From Kagunavirus LF7074P1: a DNA stretch of 41,071 nt. Location of the stretch: the sequence record OZ035758.1. One strand, written 5' to 3'. A program made the translations under genes and the position numbers. Under the pieces are notes generated by a model. It saw only the letters and a program-made list of their open reading frames with translations. It was not told where the DNA came from and searched no databases. Below are positions 34,806 to 41,071 of this stretch, piece after piece. Each line of letters begins with the position of its first letter. The first letter of the stretch is position 1.

Positions 34806-34946
34806 CCCTCCCAGACAGCTGAGATGCTTGTTTTAGGGTTTAAGGATAAGTGTATCTAAATCTCATTTAAAGAAGTAACCCACTGAAATATCTACTGTTT
34901 CTTAATGTGCCGTAGATTCGCAACCGTAAAAATGTAACGATTATTG

Positions 34947-34972
34947 GGCAGGCTTAAGGCCTGCCCTTTAGT
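34947..34972 (+). terminator. Weak terminator-like hairpin
   Basis: gggcaggc-ttaag-gcctgccc stem followed by ttt. Confidence 0.35.
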
Positions 34973-35038
34973 TACCAAGTAATAAGAATAAAGGCACAAC
35001 CTTCCCCGAAGAATCACAACGGCAACGTAACTAATCTC

Positions 35039-35067
35039 TTGCACACCCCAACATAATAGGATACTAT
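35039..35067 (+). promoter_or_regulatory. Sigma70-like promoter P1 (TTGCAC-17-TACTAT), rightward early promoter
   Basis: TTGCACaccccaacataataggaTACTAT; conserved leader ...aaacgagacagaggag... to ATG 35102. Confidence 0.65.
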
Positions 35068-35101
35068 TCACTTATCGAAACGAGACAGAGGAGTGAGGGT
35101 T

Positions 35102-35284
35102 ATGTTTAAGAATGGTCAGTTGGTGAAAACAAAGCGCAGCCGGCAACACGTAATAGTTACCAAAGACGAGGATGAATATGGTGTTGTCGCCGTATTTAGC
35201 CTTATACGGAGGAAACATGGTTATGTTCGTCACGATAATTTAGAACTCATCGGCAACAATTTTAAATTCAAAGGGGCGAAGTGA
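35102..35284 (+). CDS. Hypothetical early protein (60 aa)
   Basis: ATG 8 nt after GAGGAG. Confidence 0.45.
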   Translation: MFKNGQLVKTKRSRQHVIVTKDEDEYGVVAVFSLIRRKHGYVRHDNLELIGNNFKFKGAK

Positions 35285-35469
35285 TGGGAGAATTAATTTA
35301 CGACGTATACGTCGACGGGGTCATAACAGAGACGACAAGTAATAAAGATTACGCAATAAAGCGGTATGTGTATTATGCCGCAGTGGTAGGAAGGATGGTA
35401 GAAGTGCGGGAGCAAACGGCATCGAATCATGATGCTCGTGCCGACGACTCTGAGGGAGGTTGCCGTTAA
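35284..35469 (+). CDS. Hypothetical protein
   Basis: ATG overlapping upstream TGA; RBS aagggg. Confidence 0.4.
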   Translation: MGELIYDVYVDGVITETTSNKDYAIKRYVYYAAVVGRMVEVREQTASNHDARADDSEGGCR

Positions 35470-35624
35470 TGCGAATCCGTATAACTGACCGCAGGCTTAT
35501 AGATTTCGGTATCTCGGTAGGTGATGTTTTTCTGGCGTTCAGCAGCAACCATTATGGTTTTATGATTGAGTACAAAGGGTCGTTATTGTTCGTGTATCGG
35601 GATGAATGTGAGGTTCTGGTATGA
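35469..35624 (+). CDS. Small hypothetical protein (51 aa), not in ORF track
   Basis: TAATG coupling to the upstream gene. Confidence 0.3.
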   Translation: MRIRITDRRLIDFGISVGDVFLAFSSNHYGFMIEYKGSLLFVYRDECEVLV

Positions 35625-35764
35625 GAGAAGCATTTGAACGGTGGGCTGTGGTCGAGGGTCTGCCGGTTAACAAGGGTTCAAAGAAAGAGTACCTGAACGT
35701 TAAGACCCGTCTCGCGTGGCGGGCGTTGAAAGCTGGTGTGTTGTCTGTTGCGAATCCGAGGTGA
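35621..35764 (+). CDS. Small hypothetical protein (47 aa), not in ORF track
   Basis: ATGA coupling; basic. Confidence 0.3.
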   Translation: MREAFERWAVVEGLPVNKGSKKEYLNVKTRLAWRALKAGVLSVANPR

Positions 35765-35767
35765 GAT

Positions 35768-35968
35768 ATGAGCGAGTGGATTAAGTGTAGTGAGATGCTG
35801 CCAGGTAATGGGTATACGGATAAAGAGTTCCTGGTGTATGAAACGTTAAATAACGCAGTTCAGCACGATTATTACATAGTTCCTGATGACGGGAGAAAGC
35901 CTTTCTGGAATCACTACGATAAGTACGTGACGCACTGGATGCCGTTACCCGAGCCGCCAGAAGTGTGA
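35768..35968 (+). CDS. Hypothetical protein, DUF551-like C-terminus
   Basis: 66 aa ending THWMPLPEPPEV, a motif recalled from a widespread enterophage protein family. Confidence 0.45.
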   Translation: MSEWIKCSEMLPGNGYTDKEFLVYETLNNAVQHDYYIVPDDGRKPFWNHYDKYVTHWMPLPEPPEV

Positions 35969-36101
35969 TGTTCAATAGTTTGGGATCTTACTGAGTGACT
36001 TACGCTGCTACACAGCAGCGTACAACTTTAACTTAGTGTCGTCAAAGGCGACACTTTCATCAAACGCAACAATCGAAGCGACTATTGCAGGAGATGCAAC
36101 A

Positions 36102-36275
36102 ATGATTACTAAAGAACAGGCTGAACGACTAATCACGTTAATCGACACGATGATTGACGTAAAAACCGATTTAGCAACGGCAACAGAGGAATCCGCTACC
36201 TGGTCGCTTGAAGAAAGAGAAGCAGAAGCGGAAAGGGAGTTACTGGCGTTCATCGACTCTATAACACACCAATAA
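36102..36275 (+). CDS. Hypothetical acidic protein (57 aa)
   Basis: ATG 36102 8 nt after AGGAG (track ORF starts further upstream at 36036). Confidence 0.4.
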   Translation: MITKEQAERLITLIDTMIDVKTDLATATEESATWSLEEREAEAERELLAFIDSITHQ

Positions 36276-36282
36276 AATTTAC

Positions 36283-36311
36283 TTGCACACTAAGATAGAA
36301 TAGGCTACTAT
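36283..36311 (+). promoter_or_regulatory. Sigma70-like promoter P2 (TTGCAC-17-TACTAT)
   Basis: TTGCACactaagatagaataggcTACTAT; conserved leader ...aaacgagaggggag... to ATG 36343. Confidence 0.65.
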
Positions 36312-36342
36312 TCATTTACACAAACGAGAGGGGAGACAGAAT

Positions 36343-36471
36343 ATGAAAGATTATAGCGAAGTAACTTTAGGCGAGTTGCAGGACGAGTACGAAGATATGC
36401 TCTACCCGTTCATCTGCGACGGGGACTACAACGGCGTCTATAACGGGGTGAGCGAAGAATATGAACACTAA
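36343..36471 (+). CDS. Small acidic hypothetical protein (42 aa), not in ORF track
   Basis: Strong RBS gagaggggag; first ORF after P2. Confidence 0.35.
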   Translation: MKDYSEVTLGELQDEYEDMLYPFICDGDYNGVYNGVSEEYEH

Positions 36472-36919
36472 AAACGAAATATTCGAGTACCTGATCGACC
36501 AACTACGGCAGCAGGTAAATAACAGCCGGAGCGAAGACCTGGCGCATGAGGTGCAGTCACTTAAGAATCAGTTACGTGATGCGTCGGCGCAGATTAAGGA
36601 GTTGCGTCTGGCGCTGGTCAAAGCTACGGGTGACGTGGAGGCGTACAAACTTATCCGCAAACAGGAGCAATCCGGTTGCCGTAAGGAAGACGTTCAGGAA
36701 TGCGACCACAATTGGATTATCGCTCCCGGATTGTTTATTGCCGAAGGTCACAAGGATAACGTGCCAGGTAGTCGGTTTTGCCGTGAATGTGGTGCGCGTG
36801 AGTGGGACGACAAGGAATATAAACCTAAAAACGATACGCAGAAATGCAAACACGAGTGGAGTAGGTACATTGTACACCCTCACAGAAAGATATGTTTAGT
36901 ATGCGGGGTGGAGGAATGA
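36461..36919 (+). CDS. Hypothetical protein with N-terminal coiled coil and C-terminal Cys-rich (zinc-ribbon-like) region
   Basis: 152 aa; Cys pairs CRKEDVQEC, CRECG, CKHEW, CLVCG. Confidence 0.45.
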   Translation: MNTKNEIFEYLIDQLRQQVNNSRSEDLAHEVQSLKNQLRDASAQIKELRLALVKATGDVEAYKLIRKQEQSGCRKEDVQECDHNWIIAPGLFIAEGHKDNVPGSRFCRECGAREWDDKEYKPKNDTQKCKHEWSRYIVHPHRKICLVCGVEE

Positions 36920-37119
36920 CCAGCATCTTATTTATCTGGGTGCTGTCCACGGGTCAGATGCAACTAGCGGCATCAGAAACGTTTTACTCGATGGAGGCGT
37001 GCCAGTCCGCGGCACGCGCCGCAGAGAACGCACACTTCCTGTTTCAGGGCGACAAGCCCAACGATTCAGAGGTGCGCGCTATCTGCTCACCTAAGCGACT
37101 TGGTAAACAGGAGAAGTGA
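36892..37119 (+). CDS. Hypothetical protein with N-terminal hydrophobic (signal-like) segment
   Basis: Start uncertain (ATG 36892/36901/36916); ILFIWVLSTGQMQLAASE. Confidence 0.35.
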   Translation: MFSMRGGGMTSILFIWVLSTGQMQLAASETFYSMEACQSAARAAENAHFLFQGDKPNDSEVRAICSPKRLGKQEK

Positions 37120-37325
37120 TTGTGGCGCAGAGATATTTATTACAAGGCGGTTTAATTGGACCGCACGATGCAGGTGATTGGGTTGGCTATGAAGATTACG
37201 CAAAACTTGAGGCCGCCGTTATCGCATTACTTGCGGACATAAACCGACGCTACCCTGGAGAAGGGTTTAAGTGCCCGTTAATACTTAAACTCGCGGAGAT
37301 TGTGGAACATGAGCCTGGCAACTGA
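37116..37325 (+). CDS. Hypothetical protein
   Basis: 69-aa ORF; start probably GTG 37122, 8 nt after AGGAG. Confidence 0.4.
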   Translation: MIVAQRYLLQGGLIGPHDAGDWVGYEDYAKLEAAVIALLADINRRYPGEGFKCPLILKLAEIVEHEPGN

Positions 37326-37602
37326 CATCCTTAAACGCAGCGGCCTTGCGCCGCTGTCGCCGAGAGCGAATACACGAATACACAAGCGCCGCCGTAATGC
37401 ACTGTACCCCGAGATTCAGGCCAGGCGCAAAGCGGTCCGCGCCTGTGGATTCCAGAACGGGAAGGCCGTGAATCTCGGTGAGTTTAAAACGCAGGAACGT
37501 GCAGCTATCGCTAATCGGCTATTTAATTACTGGAAATCGCTGGGGTACGTGGATATTCCGACGAAACCACAGAGACGACAATACATCTGGCGGCATAAAT
37601 AA
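37309..37602 (+). CDS. Hypothetical basic protein
   Basis: 97 aa from ATG 37309; Arg/Lys-rich. Confidence 0.4.
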   Translation: MSLATDILKRSGLAPLSPRANTRIHKRRRNALYPEIQARRKAVRACGFQNGKAVNLGEFKTQERAAIANRLFNYWKSLGYVDIPTKPQRRQYIWRHK

Positions 37603-37677
37603 ACCGTTATTAAGATAATTCCTACCCGTGGTATCCTCCAGTTACTGCATACTTAATACGCACCTGGAGGATTCATC

Positions 37678-37986
37678 TTGGATAAATTTACTGAAACAGT
37701 GACAGGCTGGCTTCTCGCCGCCGCGCTCGCCGGAGGGGTCATCGGACTACGACAACATAAGTCCGTTATTTCTGGCCCTATCGACGGATTCTGCTTTATT
37801 GCTACTGGTTTCGCCTGCGCTGTATTTGGCGCACCTCTCGCGGCTCAATGGTTCGGTATCACGGGCGACCGTGAAATCGCTGGCCTTGGCTTCATCATCG
37901 CTATTCTCTGGATGCCTATCTATTCCCGTCTCTCCAGTATCGTCGCTGGAGAATACATCGCACGTCGAGGAGGCACAGATGAATGA
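37678..37986 (+). CDS. Holin (three predicted TM segments)
   Basis: TTG start 7 nt after GGAGG; three hydrophobic helices; immediately upstream of endolysin. Confidence 0.55.
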   Translation: MDKFTETVTGWLLAAALAGGVIGLRQHKSVISGPIDGFCFIATGFACAVFGAPLAAQWFGITGDREIAGLGFIIAILWMPIYSRLSSIVAGEYIARRGGTDE

Positions 37987-38251
37987 GTTATTCTGGTTCG
38001 GCGGTATGCTGGCAATCGGCGGCACATCGCTGTTTAATGTATACCATCCGAGCGTGGATGACGGGCTATTTGGTCGGGTGCTCTATATCCTGACTGCTAT
38101 CGTCTGCGCTGCCGGATGTATCCACCTGTTACAGGGCAGCATGTCGCCGACGCTGCCTGAGACATTAATCACATTAGTTGCGCTGCGTCAGATTCGTCAG
38201 GCGTGGCTGTCATACGGAGGACATAAGCGTGTCTCGAAACATTTCAGATAA
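37979..38251 (+). CDS. Second small membrane protein (two TM segments); holin/antiholin-like
   Basis: 90 aa from ATG 37979 overlapping the upstream gene end; hydrophobic FWFGGMLAIGGTSLF and VLYILTAIVCAAGCIHLL. Confidence 0.45.
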   Translation: MNELFWFGGMLAIGGTSLFNVYHPSVDDGLFGRVLYILTAIVCAAGCIHLLQGSMSPTLPETLITLVALRQIRQAWLSYGGHKRVSKHFR

Positions 38252-38717
38252 TGGATTGCATTTTACCGCCGCGTTTGAGGGGTTCCGCGGAACTGCGTAT
38301 CGTGCTACGCCATCGGAAAAATACTTAACTATAGGCTACGGTCATTACGGGCCGGACGTGGCCCCAGGCAAGACCATCACGCCAGGGCAAGGCCTCCTGT
38401 TACTGAACCGTGATATGGCTAAGGCCGTAGCTGCGGTTGACGCAGCGGCGCACCATTCGCTAACACAGGCGCAGTTTGATGCAGTGTGCGACCTGGTCTA
38501 TAACGCGGGGGCCGGCGTTATTTCGGCTACTACCGGTACAGGTAAGGCACTGCGCTCCGGTGATATCGCGACGTTACGGGCTAAACTGGCGCTGTTCATC
38601 AACCAGAACGGCAAACCGTTACTGGGCCTTCGCCGCCGTACCGCCGGTCGCCTGGCGCTGTTTGACGGTAAACCGTGGCAAGAGGCGGAGGCTATCGGGC
38701 GCGCGGTGAAAGGTTGA
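38229..38717 (+). CDS. Endolysin, glycoside hydrolase family 24 (lambdoid/P22 gp19-type lysozyme)
   Basis: GTG start 8 nt after GGAGG; motifs EGFRGTAY...TIGYGH...QFDAVCDLVYNAG...LLGLRRRTAGRLALF parallel P22-type lysozymes; no N-terminal signal-arrest-release segment. Confidence 0.8.
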   Translation: MSRNISDNGLHFTAAFEGFRGTAYRATPSEKYLTIGYGHYGPDVAPGKTITPGQGLLLLNRDMAKAVAAVDAAAHHSLTQAQFDAVCDLVYNAGAGVISATTGTGKALRSGDIATLRAKLALFINQNGKPLLGLRRRTAGRLALFDGKPWQEAEAIGRAVKG

Positions 38718-38782
38718 CACCCAAGACTAATCCGATGATACTTAAATCACCTCCTGTTCCATCCCTCTGCTCTCCAGTTTTA

Positions 38783-38813
38783 TCCCGGCCCTGACCCAGC
38801 CGGGATTTTTTTT
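38783..38813 (+). terminator. Strong rho-independent terminator after lysis cassette
   Basis: tcccggc-(9-nt loop)-gccggga stem followed by 8 T. Confidence 0.8.
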
Positions 38814-38835
38814 ATCTATTTTCTGCAATGACTAG

Positions 38836-38864
38836 TTGACTATTATCCTAGACCCTACTATATT
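38836..38864 (+). promoter_or_regulatory. Sigma70-like promoter P8 (TTGACT-17-TATATT)
   Basis: TTGACTattatcctagaccctacTATATT; leader contains the conserved ACGAGA before the RBS. Confidence 0.55.
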
Positions 38865-38897
38865 TACTTCATCGACAACGAGAACGGAGTAGAGAAG

Positions 38898-39047
38898 ATG
38901 AAAATCACAGATACCGAAGCATTCGAAGACGCGCAACTGATGGCGCGCATTGCCGTTAGTCACCGGGGTGGGAGCATTCCCGCGGACTCGTTCTGGTTCG
39001 CTGCGATGCAGACACTGAAAGCAGCTTATGCAGGAGAGAAGAAATGA
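38898..39047 (+). CDS. Small hypothetical protein (49 aa), not in ORF track
   Basis: RBS ggag; ATGA-coupled to next ORF. Confidence 0.3.
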   Translation: MKITDTEAFEDAQLMARIAVSHRGGSIPADSFWFAAMQTLKAAYAGEKK

Positions 39048-39238
39048 AAAATATAGTCCCAGAAGTCGGTAAAGGTTGCTTCGTTGTTTCTTATTTCGAT
39101 GGGGACGAGTACGTTGATTGCGGCCAGTTTCATCAATCTGGTGATGCTGGTGCTTACGCCGCGAAGTTAGTAGGTACTACGCCACTGGAAGACATTCGTA
39201 TTGTATTCAATATGGAACTTGCAGGAGATAAGAAATGA
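39044..39238 (+). CDS. Hypothetical protein
   Basis: 64-aa ORF, coupled. Confidence 0.4.
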   Translation: MKNIVPEVGKGCFVVSYFDGDEYVDCGQFHQSGDAGAYAAKLVGTTPLEDIRIVFNMELAGDKK

Positions 39239-39393
39239 GCGAACACGGTGAAGTAAGCCAACCATTACGAGTAGGCCGTAAAGTCAGTCACACCCCGTTC
39301 CCGACACGCGAGGAACTGATGAAACGTAATAGTTTCCCGGGGCCGGACAAGAACAAGTATCTCAATCGCATGTGGGGAGAGCGTAAAGAATGA
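39235..39393 (+). CDS. Small hypothetical protein (52 aa), not in ORF track
   Basis: ATGA coupling on both sides. Confidence 0.3.
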   Translation: MSEHGEVSQPLRVGRKVSHTPFPTREELMKRNSFPGPDKNKYLNRMWGERKE

Positions 39394-39563
39394 CTAACAA
39401 CGAATACGAGAAACTTAGCGTCGAATCTGCGACCGGTGAATCAGAAATAGCATGGATTGACGCCCACATTGAGCACTACTTACGGCAAGTAGACGCCCTT
39501 ATGGAACGCCGCCGCGAGCTGATTAACCGCTTCAACCTGAACAAATGTGACACCAATGCCTAA
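39390..39563 (+). CDS. Small hypothetical protein (57 aa), not in ORF track
   Basis: ATGA coupling. Confidence 0.3.
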   Translation: MTNNEYEKLSVESATGESEIAWIDAHIEHYLRQVDALMERRRELINRFNLNKCDTNA

Positions 39564-39759
39564 AATCACAATCGCATCACTCGAGCGCCGTATTCTGGTG
39601 CTTGAGTCAGAGAAACAGACGTTAGGCGGACAACTGTCAATTAACGGTGAGTTTCAGCTGGAGGCGTTTAAGTTGTTGCTCGGGAAATTGAAGGAAGAAG
39701 AGCAGAAGCTACTACTCTCCCCTGAGTTCGATTACGGTGTTGATGATGAAAGCGCCTGA
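39556..39759 (+). CDS. Hypothetical coiled-coil protein
   Basis: ORF in track (39547 GTG or 39556 ATG start). Confidence 0.4.
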   Translation: MPKITIASLERRILVLESEKQTLGGQLSINGEFQLEAFKLLLGKLKEEEQKLLLSPEFDYGVDDESA

Positions 39760-39928
39760 ACCCGTAGTTATCGATGGCGTCCTGTGGAAACCATACTCGG
39801 TTAACCACATCGACGCCGACGGGAAGAAGTTCAGCTTCTACATTTTTGCAATTAGCCGTGAGCACGCCGCTTGTGTGGTTGATGATATACGAGAAACAGC
39901 GTGGCTTGGTGATGAGATAGTGGGGTGA
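39737..39928 (+). CDS. Hypothetical protein
   Basis: ORF in track; start TTG 39737 or ATG 39740/39743. Confidence 0.4.
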   Translation: MLMMKAPEPVVIDGVLWKPYSVNHIDADGKKFSFYIFAISREHAACVVDDIRETAWLGDEIVG

Positions 39929-39932
39929 GAGT

Positions 39933-40103
39933 ATGTTCAGTGACATCAACGCAGCAATCGAAGAAGCAATCTGGCGCAGATACAACGGCGAGCAACAACG
40001 GCACTTCTGCCTGGTGCAACGTGGAAACATGATTGCCGTAGTGCAGGACCGCGATAACAAATATCCGAATGCGATGTGGACAACGAGGAATTTTGTAGGA
40101 TGA
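39933..40103 (+). CDS. Small hypothetical protein (56 aa), not in ORF track
   Basis: ATG 39933; stop overlaps next ATG (ATGA). Confidence 0.3.
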   Translation: MFSDINAAIEEAIWRRYNGEQQRHFCLVQRGNMIAVVQDRDNKYPNAMWTTRNFVG

Positions 40104-40336
40104 TTACCAGCATTCCGAACCTGATTAAAGAATACGGCACGATGGCGGAGACATGCCGACAAACCGGCATCAACGAAATGACGATTGCCAAGTACCGCAA
40201 CGACGTGAACTGCGAGCGCCACGTAATTTATAACAACCGTCTTATGACGCACGTTAAGACAAGCCCGGTGTTATTCACGCGCCGTGGTATCACTAAAACT
40301 GAGCAACGTATTGCTAAAGAGGAGAGCGGAGAATGA
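40100..40336 (+). CDS. Small HTH-like protein; candidate regulator
   Basis: 78 aa from ATG 40100; ETCRQTGINEMTIAKYRN helix-turn-helix-like; last substantial gene before the terS promoter region. Confidence 0.4.
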   Translation: MITSIPNLIKEYGTMAETCRQTGINEMTIAKYRNDVNCERHVIYNNRLMTHVKTSPVLFTRRGITKTEQRIAKEESGE

Positions 40337-40436
40337 GACTGCTAACCATTCCGAATGCCTGGGCTATTGCCGTAGCTAACGACCATTACGGCGGCGATGG
40401 TAAAAGAGCACCACGACATGGCCTATACAACTGATA

Positions 40437-40459
40437 CAAGCCCTCTACGGAGGGCTTTT
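40437..40459 (+). terminator. Intrinsic terminator
   Basis: agccctc-tacg-gagggct hairpin followed by tttt. Confidence 0.65.
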
Positions 40460-40482
40460 CTGTACATCCCGCCCAATCCCCT

Positions 40483-40488
40483 TATATA
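40483..40488 (+). promoter_or_regulatory. Candidate -10 element (TATAAT) of late/terS promoter lacking a clear -35
   Basis: Consensus hexamer about 70 nt upstream of terS ATG; no TTGACA-like -35 at the proper spacing. Confidence 0.35.
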
Positions 40489-40494
40489 ATCCCT

Positions 40495-40538
40495 TTAGAC
40501 GCGTAGGGCGCGTCTGATGCGCTCTGATGGTCAGACGC
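40495..40538 (+). other. Two adjacent inverted repeats in the terS leader
   Basis: AGACGCG-taggg-CGCGTCT and ATGCGCTCTGA-tgg-TCAGACGCAT, flanked by outer AATCCCC ... GGGGATT inverted repeat. Confidence 0.6.
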
Positions 40539-40555
40539 ATACGAAAGGGGATTCT

Positions 40556-41071
40556 ATGAAGCTGAAACTCAAGCAGCCATCGCCAGAGGTGGTGCAAGCT
40601 GCACATGAAGAAGCTGTTAGCGCAAACCGTCGACGTAAACGACCGCGCGGTAAACAGAGCCTTTATCAATCGTCCCGTAATTCCGCCGCGTTGTGGGACC
40701 CGGACTATTGCGACGAATTGATTCGTTTCTTCGACCGCACGTCATGGGAGTCTATGCCGACCGGTGCACACGGAGACTACAAAGCTGTCATTGCGGACAA
40801 GCCACCGTCACTGGCCCGCTTTGCATTGCACATCGGCGTCACTATCCCGATTATTAAGTTGTGGCTGCGTGAGATTCCAGCTTTTGCAGAAGCATATGAA
40901 ACAGCACAGGCGCTGGAAGAGGCATACTTCACTGAGACGGGGGCCGCGGGTATCTCCGCTACGTTTGCTGCCGCGAAGCTGGGCCTCGGTAAAGAGAAAC
41001 CAGTTGAATCTACAGAAGAAACAGCACCGACTGAGATTATTTTCAGTGTTGCAGAGCCTGTAGGTAAAATC
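40556..41071 (+). CDS. Putative terminase small subunit, truncated by window end (continues in frame at nt 1-33)
   Basis: ORF with RBS aaagggg, 172 codons without stop to the last base; basic N-terminus (RRRKRPRGK); missed by the ORF track because there is no stop inside the window. Confidence 0.5.
   Translation, partial: MKLKLKQPSPEVVQAAHEEAVSANRRRKRPRGKQSLYQSSRNSAALWDPDYCDELIRFFDRTSWESMPTGAHGDYKAVIADKPPSLARFALHIGVTIPIIKLWLREIPAFAEAYETAQALEEAYFTETGAAGISATFAAAKLGLGKEKPVESTEETAPTEIIFSVAEPVGKI

Noticed and set aside
40764-41063. 99-aa plus-strand ORF listed in the track near the window end
   Set aside because: It is in a different frame from the RBS-initiated open ORF starting at 40556 that continues in frame into nt 1-33; the latter fits the terS position.
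1-41071. Search for CRISPR arrays, tRNA genes, integrase or CI-type repressor
   Set aside because: No regularly spaced direct repeats, no cloverleaf-like sequences with GGTTCGAATCC-type T-arms in intergenic regions, and no tyrosine/serine recombinase-like ORF were found by eye.

Overview
The window reads as a near-complete, probably circularly permuted, ~41 kb genome of a tailed dsDNA phage of enterobacterial type. All calls are from reading the sequence and ORF track by eye; no database search was run, so product names are motif-level inferences.

Layout:
- Plus strand, 1-23.1 kb: morphogenesis module (TerL, portal, head morphogenesis protein, overlapped Rz/Rz1-like spanins, scaffold, major capsid, connector/neck proteins, major tail, tail chaperones, tape measure, minor tail proteins, gpJ-like tip protein, Asp-box sialidase-like tailspike with C-terminal chaperone domain).
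- Minus strand, 10.6-13.0 kb: an opposite-strand cassette inside the tail module (Imm-like membrane protein, HTH-metallophosphoesterase, T4 Pnk-like HAD 3'-phosphatase, P-loop kinase).
- Minus strand, 23.1-34.6 kb: replication module (Toprim protein, SNF2 helicase, VRR-NUC, family A DNA polymerase, SSB-like, Cas4-like nuclease, AEP primase-helicase fusion).
- Plus strand, 35.1-40.4 kb: arrays of small coupled ORFs, a two-membrane-protein plus GH24 endolysin lysis cassette, then an ORF read as TerS that runs off the 3' end and is in frame with nt 1-33.

About eleven intrinsic terminators and a family of sigma70-like promoters sharing a conserved ~20-bp core punctuate the genome. No integrase, CI-type repressor, tRNA or CRISPR array was found.

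Most worth a second look: the opposite-strand kinase/phosphatase/phosphoesterase/Imm cassette, the shared promoter core element, a possible stop-adjacent -1 frameshift in the tail chaperone, a very acidic first early protein (candidate DNA mimic), and a promoter-hairpin-terminator non-coding region at 34.7-35.0 kb.
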